Assembly: GCF_001194135.2 (NCBI RefSeq)
Contig: NC_068991.1
Location: 36,979,587 to 37,027,965 of the forward strand
Length of the DNA: 48,379 bases
Reading direction: 5' to 3'
From: Octopus bimaculoides
Lineage: Eukaryota
Shown: one piece after another, positions 1-10,792 of the stretch
How positions within the stretch are numbered: the stretch's first letter is position 1
How the letters are laid out: each line of letters starts with the position of its first letter
Position numbers and translations under genes: made by a program
Notes under the pieces: generated by a model
Database searches by the model: none
Told to the model about the DNA's origin: nothing
Seen by the model: the letters and a program-made list of their open reading frames with translations, nothing else

Positions 1-1021
1 AGCCCCCCTGAAAACTAACGAAGTGGTACATCTGCCAACCTATATGGGAAGACGTACTTCCCGTGTAAAGGTGTCAGAAGTGCCACCAGAAATGGACCCG
101 AGGGAAGTAATGGCTGCCCTGTTGTTTAACAGGGCGGACAAGATCGAGTTCCTTCAGATTACATGCTCTGCCCCCACCCCCGAACTGGCTCGAGCAGAGC
201 ATCTCGGCTATAATTCAGGGAGCTCAGGAAGATATCCAAATGCTTCCAGATAGGGTGCTCGCTGGTGATAACATCATATTGAAAATACAAGTGGAGGGTA
301 AAAACCCACGTGCTTCGAATGTGGCAAAAAGGGCTACATTCGGGCAGACTGTGAAGAACGTAAAAAGAAGATGGCGCAAACACCAAGCCCTTCAACTGTA
401 AAATATATTCCCACTCCCACACATACACCAACCCCCACAAAGACAAAACTCCCACCCCCTCTGCTGCAGTGCCGGTCCGCAAACAAATTAATGAAAAATC
501 TCAACCCCTGCACACACAAGCTCCTACAAAAACAAAATTACCCGCCCCCTTGAAACCTGAGGCACCTGTTGGAAAAAGCACATCTCTCCCAGACGATACC
601 ATGGAGGTATCAGAGGAGGAGTTCACTGTAGTACGGAAACATACATCAGCCCCAACCCTATCCACACCTCCATCAAAAAATACAGACGAATCATCACAGA
701 CAATAAAAAAGACCCCGCCCAAACACCCCTGCGAAAAAAAACAAAGAGAGCACTATTTTAGCTGAATACAACACGAAAAAGAAATATACTAATGAAATTG
801 TTGTGGCGCATCACACAACAAAATTGTACCCGCAACATAAAGACCTGCGAAGTAGATGCGCCGCGATAGGGGAAACCCTATACAGACAGTTGAAGGATAG
901 GCATCCTACATTCATCGGGAGAATTATGGAGTTATCTAAACATCTGAAGAAAGTGGAGAAGGAAGGGGCTGCTTTACGTATGGTGAAGTCGGCCCCTACG
1001 TCTCCAGTGAAAGGTAAGTAG
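1..1021 (+). pseudogene. LINE ORF1 remnant (gag-like CCHC knuckle)
   Basis: 311-352 translates CFECGKKGYIRADC (CX2CX4[H>Y]X4C); frameshift near 300; Pro/Thr/Lys-rich linker follows. Confidence 0.75.
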
Positions 1022-1038
1022 AACTTTTACTTTTAGCA

Positions 1039-2681
1039 ATGGCCGTACTTAACCTCGGTTATTTAAATGTGCGTGGTCTGAGTTCGAAGTAGAAGCAGTT
1101 GTGTTTCCTCAACGACCTCAGATCACATGATATACATATGATGGTTGCTATAGAGACCAAGCTGGACAGCCTACAAACCTCGCCTCTCCTGAATGTCTAT
1201 GAGAAAATCATGTCTCCTGGCCAGATCGGAGGACGAGGGGACGTAGTGGTCCTGATCCGGAAAGGCCTGGCTCTGCAGACAGGTAGAGTCTATGTGGACT
1301 CTGAAGGTGGGCTGGTCGTCCTTGATGTGACATACAGCGGTAAGGCCTTAAGGTTGATCGGGATCTATGCACCCTGTGCTAGAGGATTACAAACTGATTT
1401 TTATCGGCGCCTGGAAAATTTTCTCTCGACGTCGAAGACATTTGTGGTGTTAGGAGACTATAGCGCTATCGTTGATGTACGCATCGATAGCGTTGGCTCG
1501 GCTGATAGGAAAATGAACTCACGTCTCGTAGATTTGCTTAAGCGCTTCTAGTTAGTAGATCGTTACATGCTTGACCAACTGAACGTCCCAGAGTGGACCT
1601 GGATAGTTTTAGTTATCCACAGTTTGTTCAAGTGTCCTACACTGACCATAGAATGGTTAAGTGTAGGTTGAATAGAGATAGGACAGTTAAGCGAGGATCC
1701 GGTTACTGGAAGCTAAACAAGTCTATTTTGACTTGTGCGGCATATCGTAGCAGGATTAAGGAACTAGTACAGAGGGCGTTAACCGGAGCAGTGGTTAACA
1801 ACCAGTGGTGTTTCGATTTCAAGAGAGCCATTCGTTTTGAGTTTGTTAGGTTTAGCCACCAGCTAAAACTAGATAAGGCCAGAATAGAAAGGCAATTAGT
1901 TAAGGACTTAGAGGAGGCGTTGAAGTTGGGCTCTACATCTCACATTCTGGTAGCGAGAACGGCCTTGGACCGTCAGGTCAAAGCCAAACACGAAGCGTGC
2001 AGAGTTAGGGCTAAAGTGCGAGCATTGGGCCGTGAGGGAATTAATGTTGCCGGATGGGCCCGTACGATAGAAACCCAGCGTGGCAACGATGCCACAATTA
2101 GGTCTTTTGCTGACGTTAATGGGTGTTCGATCGAAGGGTGGGACGAGATGTGTGAGGCACTTCACAAGCAATTTGCCGAGTTGTTCGAGAGGGGCGGGAC
2201 GTTGGATCATGGTGAAGCTCTTAAGGACTTCCTGTCTGATGGCCCGCGTCTCTCGGCACGGGAGGCTGAGTGNNNNNNNNNNGCTGAGCGAGTGCCCCAG
2301 TGAGAGGTCGCCGGGACTCGATGGTCTACCTTATGAATTTTATAAAAACATGCCAGACCTGTTCGGGCACCTGCCAGTCAGCGTTTACGCCAACTGGCAG
2401 CAGAATGGGAGAATTCCCAAGTCTGCAAGCCGGTGCGTAGTGACGCTGATCCGAAAGGAACCGAGCAAGAGGGACGAGATAAGTAATTTCAGGCCCATAA
2501 CTCTGCTAACCACAGAGTTAAAGATTTTGGCCAAGGTGCTAGCGAAAAGGTTGGCGCGGGTCGTGGATAGATTGTTGGGGAGGCGCAAACCTGCGCCATC
2601 CCGGGCAGGTCAATCTACGACAATCTCCACTTTATACGCTTCTCCTTAGAGAAGATAGGGAAACTTTCTGGCGCAGGAGGG
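1039..2681 (+). pseudogene. LINE ORF2 remnant: APE endonuclease plus start of reverse transcriptase
   Basis: MAVLNLGYLNVRGL, AIETKL, IYAP, VLGDYSA, SYTDH, GYWKLNKSIL, SPGLDGLPYEFYK, NFRPITLLTTELKILAKVLAKRL; in-frame TAG at 1090, stop at 1549, frameshift/deletion near 1600. Confidence 0.9.
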
Positions 2682-2926
2682 TATGTATGTATGTATGTAT
2701 GTATGTATGCATGCATGTATGTGTGTATGTATGTATGTATGTATGCATGCATGTATGTGTGTATGTATGTATGTATGTATGCATGCATGTATGTATGTAT
2801 GTATGTATGCATGCATGCATGCATGTATATATGTATGCATACATGTATGTATGCATGCATGTATGTATATATGTATGCATGCATGTATGTATGTATGTAT
2901 GTATGTATGTATGTATGTATATATGT
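2682..2926. repeat. (TATG/CATG)n microsatellite
   Basis: Directly visible tetranucleotide array. Confidence 0.97.
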
Positions 2927-3342
2927 ACCTAAGATGAGCGCGCGCGCGCGTATTCTTTGTGCTGTAAACCTCTTCTCTAAGTCCCCCTTACTGGGTGTTC
3001 CACTTCGTTAAAAATCAAAGTACAAATTCTACCGACTACCAAACAAATGCTGGAGTAAATGGAATTGGTCATTCGATGAAAGATAACTCTTATTTATCAA
3101 GTCAACCAGTTAAGTTTATCTCACTAGCGTGTGGAATAGATGACTGAAGTTTTATCTTTTAAGCAAACATAAATAGATACAAACACACACGCAAATGGTC
3201 AGATACACTTTTAAACGTTTTTATAAACATGTTTCATACACACACATGTATATACATAAATACATACGTATAGACATAATAGAAATTCATACTCAGTCTT
3301 ATACACATACATTTACACAAGCACACGCATATACATACATGA

Positions 3343-3376
<34 letters not shown>

Positions 3377-3634
3377 NNNNNNNNNNNNNNNNNNNNNNNN
3401 NNNNNNNNNNNNNNNNNNNNNNNNNNNNNNNNNNNNNNNNNNNNNNNNNNNNNNNNNNNNNNNNNNNNNNNNNNNNNNNNNNNNNNNNNNNNNNNNNNNN
3501 NNNNNNNNNNNNNNNNNNNNNNNNNNNNNNNNNNNNNNNNNNNNNNNNNNNNNNNNNNNNNNNNNNNNNNNNNNNNNNNNNNNNNNNNNNNNNNNNNNNN
3601 ATATACACATACACATACATATATGTATGTATTA

Positions 3635-3899
3635 TTTTATTCTTTTACTTGTTCAGTCATTTGACTGCGGCCATGCTGGAGCACCGTCTTTAGTCGAAGA
3701 AATCGACCCCAGAACTTATTTTTTGTAACCCTAGTACTTACTCTATCGGTTTCTTTTGCTGAACCGCTAAGTCGCGGGGATGTAAACACACCAGCATCGG
3801 TTGTCAAGCGATGGTAGGGGGACAAACACAGACACACACACAAACATATAAACATATACATATATATATATGCATATATATACGACGGGCTTCTTTTTC
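3635..3899 (-). mobile_element. SINE family A, 5'-truncated copy
   Basis: Matches the body and tail of full copies at 18750, 28384 and 42022. Confidence 0.85.
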
Positions 3900-3900
3900 A

Positions 3901-4021
3901 CCGGGGTCGACTTTTCTTCGTTTAAGGGTCGATAAAATAAGTATCAGTTGAATGCTGGGATTGATGTAACCGACTTTCTCGCCACTCAAAATCTGCTGGC
4001 CGTGTGCTAAAATTAGAAAGG
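3901..4021 (+). mobile_element. SINE family B, 3' half
   Basis: Matches the 3' half of copies at 7793 and 16682 (gggtcgataaaataagta...ggccgtgtgctaaaattagaa). Confidence 0.75.
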
Positions 4022-5042
4022 GTTAATTCCACATCTTGACAGCCGAATAGGAAATTACTTGTACTGGGTACCGAATTATGGAGAGAGAACATAATCATCA
4101 CCCGAACACTAAGCCATGTACGTTCCACTCATATTACAGAAAATCTATGACGAACTTACTATTAATACAGAGAGAGGGGAGAAAGAGAGAATCAAAAGAT
4201 GAGATCCAGAGATCGCTCAACCGATTTGAAACTACACTCCAAAATCTTTACGGAGGACTAAGTCCGCAACGTAATGAGTAACTTTAAGAGGAATCCAGGT
4301 GAGTAGATTTGGAAACGATGATGCAAATAAACAAATAAAACAGCAGTTTTATTTGTTTATTTGCATCCGTACAAATACACACATACATACTCACATACCA
4401 CACATACATACTTGCATACACACACACNNNNNNNNNNNNNNNNNNNNNNNNNNNNNNNNNNNNNNNNNNNNNNNNNNNNNNNNNNNNNNNNNNNNNNNNN
4501 NNNNNNNNNNNNNNNNNNNNNNNNNNNNNNNNNNNNNNNNNNNNNNNNNNNNNNNNNNNNNNNNNNNNNNNNNNNNNNNNNNNNNNNNNNNNNNNNNNNN
4601 NNNNNNNNNNNNNNNNNNNNNNNNNNNNNNNNNNNNNNNNNNNNNNNNNNNNNNNNNNNNNNNNNNNNNNNNNNNNNNNNNNNNNNNNNNNNNNNNNNNN
4701 NNNNNNNNNNNNNNNNNNNNNNNNNNNNNNNNNNNNNNNNNNNNNNNNNNNNNNNNNNNNNNNNNNNNNNNNNNNNNNNNNNNNNNNNNNNNNNNNNNNN
4801 NNNNNNNNNNNNNNNNNNNNNNNNNNNNNNNNNNNNNNNNNNNNNNNNNNNNNNNNNNNNNNNNNNNNNNNNNNNNNNNNNNNNNNNNNNNNNNNNNNNN
4901 NNNNNNNNNNNNNNNNNNNNNNNNNNNNNNNNNNNNNNNNNNNNNNNNNNNNNNNNNNNNNNNNNNNNNNNNNNNNNNNNNNNNNNNNNNNNNNNNNNNN
5001 NNNNNNNNNNNNNNNNNNNNNNNNNNNNNNNNNNNNNNNNNN

Positions 5043-5082
<40 letters not shown>

Positions 5083-5824
5083 CACATATATGTATATATC
5101 TATAAAAGAAAGCCTATGTAGCATAAACTTAGTCCCTGTGAGATGTTCAGTAACTAACAGCGTGCAACCATTCAACAAGTAATCAGTGATAAGGACTTTA
5201 TGTTAATTAAGCAAACGGAAAACGCAGTGTAAAGAAACTATGTAACAGCCCCTACAAGTTACATTTCGGTCCAACTACTTTTGATAACAATAACTACCTA
5301 ATATTATTATCCGTATCTTAAAGAGCTGCGCACACACATCTACACACGCATTAATTGGAATAACGCAATACACACGCACGCACGCACAAACATACACACA
5401 CACATATGTATATATCCACACATACAAGCACACGCATACAGACATGCATTTATCCATATATACACATACGTGCGTGTCTATGTGTATGTCAACTAGTTTA
5501 TGTAAATATAACAGTATGGGTGACAGTTGTCTCGGGAAACGATGTTGTAAGCCAGCTTTATCAATTCCATATTTTCAAATACAATCTCAAGCAATGTAAT
5601 TTACGTGTCACCAGATGGCTAGGGTATCTTAAGGAACTTTTTAAAAATGAATATAATAGAAACCTTCTGAAGCTTATTGTACAGAGATATAGCTCGAAAA
5701 AAAAAATCAGATAGTTTCCTGCATCCTGTACAAACCCATCTCCAGTACACTACCGTAGGTTGTGAGTTTCTGTACTGCGGCTATGGGCTGGGATATATTT
5801 ATTGTTGTGTGTGTGTTAATACAT

Positions 5825-6210
5825 GTTGTTGGCACTCCGTCGCTTACGACGTCAAGGGTTCCAGTTGATCCGATCAACGGAACAGCCTGCTCGTGAAATT
5901 AACGTGCAAGTGGCTGAGCACTCCACAGACACGTGTACCCTTAACGTAGTTCTCGGGGATATACAGCGTGACACAGTGTGACAAGGCTGACTCTTTGAAT
6001 TACAGGCACAACAGAAACAGGAAGTAAGAGTGAGAGAAAGTTGTGGGGAAAGAGTACAGCAGGGTTCGCCACCATCCCCTACCGGAGCCTTGTGGAGCTT
6101 TTTTGGTGTTTTCGCTCAATAAACACTCACAACGCCTGGTCTGGGAATCGAAACCGCGATCCTATGACTGCGAGTCCGCTGCCCTAACAACTGGACCATT
6201 GCGCCTCCAC
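5825..6210 (-). mobile_element. SINE family C, full length, tRNA-derived head
   Basis: Minus strand starts ggcgcaatggtccagttgttagggcagcggactcgcagtcataggatcgcggtttcgattcccag (A and B boxes) and ends in an (AAC)-like tail; diverged second fragment at 22360-22480. Confidence 0.85.
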
Positions 6211-7125
6211 GGGCTGGAATATAATGCAGAAGTTAAACAATAATCATATTAACAGGGAATAACCCTACTTATGCACTACAGCGGGAGAACTTCTATGTTG
6301 TCCCACGACTCGTTAGAAGTAACGACCATATATCCTTCAACTTACAGCCTACTGTCTTAAAATAGTGAACGGATTTTGTATATATCGCTTGCAGCGAGAT
6401 GAGTTATTGCTATCTCTAGCGGTTTAGCGTCCATCATTGATGAGACCGAGGAAGGTCGAAGTCACATGACCTGGTGATCTCGGGGCTGGAGATGGTGGGG
6501 ATTTATCTCTCCACTAGCGATATAAACAAGAGTGCATTTTGTACCAAAAGCTAATATGAGAGTTGTTCTCATGATATCCATAGCAGCAAAGTTTGTTCTA
6601 ATAGAACATCCACGTTTAAGTAGGAATAAATATTTACCGGTATTAATACTGCCTCTGTCGCTAATATATATATATATAGTGATATTGAATAATGTAGTGC
6701 AGACTAACAAAACACGAGAAAAGTAATTAGTGCCATGTCTCTTCGTGCGTATTTACACTTGAGTGAACTAAAATACTTCAAAATTACATACCTCAGCAAA
6801 TGACAAATGCAGACCACTGGGACTATATATACATACGTATATTATAATTATATATTGTACAACTGCTATGTAAATACATATCTACAAGTATCGATGTCAG
6901 TTTGTTATAAAAATTGAGTCGGATTCATAAAACTTAACTGCTGAATATTTTAGAAGTATAAACAAATTTAAACGTTAAACAATGGTTTATGGAAACGACT
7001 CCTAACTTTTAGAAGATAGTATTTTTTAGAAGATACAATTTCAATACTAACAACATTCCCATACATATTCCATAGATATTTTGCATGAAAAATGATTTCT
7101 CCTATATCATTACAGATACCGGAAA

Positions 7126-7251
7126 GGCGGCGAGCTGGTAGAATCGTTAGCACGCCGGGCGAAATGCCTCAAGGTATTCCGTCTGTCTGAGTTTCGGGGT
7201 CGAATTAATCGACTTATTCCCTCTCCAAAATTTCAAGTCTCGTTGCTTCTT
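7126..7251 (+). mobile_element. SINE family B, internally deleted, with 17-bp TSD
   Basis: Head ggcggcgagctggtagaatcgttagcacgccgggc; flanks attacagataccggaaa (7109-7125) and attacagatactggaaa (7252-7268). Confidence 0.8.
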
Positions 7252-7361
7252 ATTACAGATACTGGAAAATTACTTTAAGCACGCACAATTTTATATCGAA
7301 GTATAAAAGTTTAAATCACTGCTCCCATCTCTCTCTTTCTCTCTCTCTAGTTTTCAGTTCC

Positions 7362-8620
7362 TTGACAGAGACGTTTGGACGATGGTGTAACGTACAAATT
7401 GTCTTAGGAATAATTTTACTTGATGCTTCTAAAAGAGGTAAAACTATTTTTCATCAGCGTAATTTCTGCTTAAAGCTTGTTCACACAAACAAGTTTTTAC
7501 CAGAGTTGTATCGTCAGGAACTGCAGAAACTTAGCACGCTAAGAAACCTATATGTGGAGGCGAGAAGAAAAACTTCATATTTCTACCAACATGAAAGATG
7601 CACAGCACATATGTGAGACATCTCAGCTGTTTTGTTTGCAAAATTCTTACTTCCTTTGAGACAAACATCAACCATCAAGTGATATGGAGGATGGAGATGT
7701 CAAAATACAAAAACAAAATTGTAAAATTCATCAGTGCATCTTAAGAAATACTAGTTGAAAGGATTATCCTAACTTGACACAGTAATAATAGCTTCAAGTT
7801 TTGGCACAAGGCCAGCAAGTTCGGGAGAGGGGTAAGTCGATTACATCGACTCCAGTCCTCAACTGATACTTATTTTATCGCCATCGAAAGGATGAAAGGC
7901 TAAGTCGACCTCGTCAGCTTTTGAACGCAGAATGTAGTGACAGGCGAAATACCACTAAGCATTTCATCCAGCGTGTTAACGATTCTACCAGCTCGCCGCC
8001 TTGCTTGTCACAGTACTAATAGAAGCATGGAACAGTTTTCTGAATGTGCGATCCTGACTGCCAAAAATGATATTGTGTAAGATATTAATGCTACCATCAT
8101 TCAACGGGTACCAGGCCAATACGATAGAACGAGTCAGTTCACACTCTAGTGTACGTTAACGATGTTATCACTTCTTTAATAAGATTCTCGACTCTTTTCG
8201 TTCCATTCCGTCTCTCCATATAATATGCAATTGAAAATAAGAATATTCATCATATTGCTACGAAATTTAGATGCACCAAAACCCTGTATTGGGACAAAGG
8301 TAATAGTCAAAATTCTTATGTTCTATGTGATCCAAACCGCCATGATGACTGGTTGTGCCAAAGAAGGCAATGTTTTCATTCCTTGCGATCTCCACATCTC
8401 GTTAGATTTGCTCTTTCACTTCAAGCGCTTTCAATTGTCAGTAGCCCTGCCTCTATTTAAGGCGATCAGCACGTCTCAGAGTTGATAGACTTAAAGTGAC
8501 AAGTTCATAATTCTCGCATGGTCAGCTCTTAACTGTATGCTCACGTGTTGAGCCAAATAGACTTCTTTCTGCCGGAGCACCAACCTGCAGAACAAGAAAT
8601 GCTCTGTGCAAAAGAGAGCA
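7362..8620 (+). mobile_element. Helitron RepHel (PIF1-like helicase) C-terminal remnant, interrupted by a SINE
   Basis: Frame-hopping translation: YMWRREEKLHISTNM, FSECAILTAKND, IILLRNLDAPKPCIGTKVIV, TGCAKEGNVFIP, FHFKRFQLSV..AISTSQS, FSHGQLLTVCSRV (cf. LRNLDxPxLCNGTRL, FKRLQFPVxLxFAxTINKSQG, HGQLYVAxSR). Confidence 0.85.
7793..8002 (-). mobile_element. SINE family B, full length, inserted in the Helitron
   Basis: Full head to tail; TSD cttg(a/t)cacagta(a/c)taatag at 7773-7791 and 8004-8022. Confidence 0.9.
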
Positions 8621-9026
8621 GGTCCTTAGCAGGACGGAAAGGCTACACCAGAAAAGCTGCATTAAGAGAACATTTAAACGATGACACAGATTTTTGCTGA
8701 ATGAATAGCATTTCTGTTTGGAGGATTCTGTTTTGTGTTGTATATCAAGTTAGAATTGAAAGAAAATATGTGAAGTATAAAATAAAGATGATATTTTCTT
8801 TAATCACAAAATTAAAATTATCAATAAACACCGTGTCAAAAGCTCCACATATCGTGGAAACCTGGAAAAGTTAAACTTTAAGAATGCATGTATGTTACAA
8901 CAACGATGAATCCAAGCTTAACTGTATACAAAAACCACTCCATAAAAGCTTTTGAAATTATTTAAGTCATCTGAGTTTAAAAAGATAAAAATAAGATAAA
9001 CCTTTACATTTGGCCCCCAATCAATG

Positions 9027-9227
9027 ACATACATACATACATACATACATACATACATACATACATACATACATACACACACATACACACGCACACACAC
9101 ACACACACACACATACATACATACATACATACATACATGCATGCATGCATGCATGCATACATACAAACACACATACATACATATATATGTATACATACAT
9201 ACATACATACATACATACATACATACA
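9027..9227. repeat. (ACAT)n/(AC)n compound microsatellite
   Basis: Directly visible. Confidence 0.97.
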
Positions 9228-9804
9228 TGGACACGAATGAGGTTAGAAAAATACAAGAGAAAGAGGACGGCTATGGACCATTGATAAGGAGTTTGTAAAT
9301 CCAGTACCCCAGATACACTTTCAGCTTCACATCTATTATTATTGAATCAACAGGATACATACCGATTTGTCTGGAACAAAGTATGGCTGAACCTGGGATC
9401 TTTCAGAGAGAATGCAAATCCTTAATTCATATGCTACAAATGATCACAATATCTGGGGCTATAAAAATCTGCAAAACCTTCTTAAGATTTAAAGGACGAT
9501 GGCTAAAAGAAGATACTTTTCTTCACAACCTTGCTATCAAGTAGGTGGCCGTCAAAATCTACTCCAAATGCGAAAGAGAACATACATACATACATACATA
9601 CATACATACATACATACATACATACCAACTGACTCGTCCATTACAAATGCAATCTGTAAGCAGAACAGTAAAGCTATGCATGACTTTTCTTAAGTCTAAT
9701 ATGTGACATTGATTTCGTTAACTACATTCCAACGATGGAGCTTTGTATCTTTATTTACATTATTTACGTTTCACGGATATTTGTCCTCATCTTGTTTGTT
9801 GTTC

Positions 9805-9849
9805 ACACAATATTTCGGCTGATATACCCTCCAGCCTTCATCAGGTGTC
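9805..9849 (-). ncRNA. Minimal type I hammerhead ribozyme motif (left inverted arm)
   Basis: GACAC-CUGAUGA-A-GGCUG[gaggguauau]CAGCC-GAA-AUAU-U-GUGU: intact core, perfect 5-bp stem II, 4-bp stem I, palindromic minimal stem III. Confidence 0.75.
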
Positions 9850-9896
9850 TTGGGGAAATTTCGAACCCTAGGTTCTCATTCATAAGGTATTTTTGA

Positions 9897-9988
<92 letters not shown>

Positions 9989-10020
9989 TCACTGCCTGGA
10001 ATCGAACTCGGAATCTTGCG

Positions 10021-10605
10021 ACCTTCACTGGACGATACCTCAACTTCAATTCCCACCATCCATACAGTGTAAAGAGAGGGATTCTCAGAGCCTAAAACAT
10101 CGAACAAAGAATATAAGTACAGATCGTGATATCCACCACGAAGAAATGAGCAAGCTCAGTAGCAATCTATTAGGTAACAACTACCCCAAAAACATACTAT
10201 CCATTCCAATTATGAAGAAAAGAGGGGATGAAACCAATAAACTGTCCACAGTCTGTCTACCCTATGTGAAAGGCCTCTCCGAAAAGATACAAAAGATATG
10301 CGGCCTATATGACATCAGGACAATATTCAAGACTTCGCAAATATCTCCTTCGAGTAAAACAACCAATAGAAGAGAATATGAGCAAAGACTGTGTGTACTC
10401 CATCCCATGCAGCTGTGGTAGATTATACAAAGGCGAAACATGTCGCCCCCTCAAAATAAGGGTAGACGAATATCACAAAGCTGTGACACGAGGAAATATT
10501 GATAAATTGGGTATAGCTGATTATGTATGGAAAAATGGAGACTACCTTCCCCTGTGGGATGAAGTTAAAATGATAGATATAGAACACCACTAGGAAATAC
10601 GGGAT
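10021..10605 (+). pseudogene. PLE ORF remnant: RT thumb, linker and GIY-YIG endonuclease
   Basis: TFTGRYLNFNSHHPYSVKRGI; LSSNLLGNNYP; TVCLPYVKGLSEKIQKIC..IRTIFK; VYSIPCSCGRLYKGETCRPLKIRVDEYHK..LWDEVKMIDIEHH. Confidence 0.9.
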
Positions 10606-10631
10606 ACTAACCCCAAGATTTCAGGCAGTGA

Positions 10632-10699
<68 letters not shown>

Positions 10700-10746
10700 T
10701 CAAAAAATACCTTAGGAATGAGAACCCAGATTCGAAATTTCCCCAA

Positions 10747-10792
10747 GACATCTGATGAAGGATGGAGGGTATATCAGCCGAAACGTTGTGTT
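10747..10792 (+). ncRNA. Minimal type I hammerhead ribozyme motif (right arm)
   Basis: GACAU-CUGAUGA-A-GGAUG[gaggguauau]CAGCC-GAA-ACGU-U-GUGUU: predicted GUU cleavage after 10787; one mismatch in stem II. Confidence 0.75.

Larger units (their letters stand above)
1..2681 (+). mobile_element. Tx1/L1-clade non-LTR retrotransposon, decayed; runs off the window at the 5' side and is cut at the 3' side within the RT domain
   Basis: Two-ORF layout: ORF1 with a gag-like zinc knuckle, then ORF2 from ATG 1039 with APE endonuclease and RT N-terminal motifs; multiple stops and frameshifts. Confidence 0.9.

Noticed and set aside
2615-3011. MYVCMYVC/HTYIHT-type ORFs here and at 8918-9284, 11473-12106, 18646-19161, 20399-20941, 22131-22457, 24331-24621
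   Set aside because: Translations of TATG/CA/TA microsatellites, not genes.
4078-4304. 67-aa ORF and strong plus-strand donor CAG/gtgagt at ~4298
   Set aside because: All frames from the nearest acceptor contain stops, and no partner exon was found.
3195-5182. Long X-containing ORFs (also 22265-23162)
   Set aside because: They span assembly N-gaps and carry no sequence information.
8620-8870. Helitron 3' hairpin plus CTRR candidates (gtccttagcaggac; tccacatatcgtgga-aac-ctgg)
   Set aside because: Short stems with wrong spacing or no CTRR; the terminus cannot be placed.
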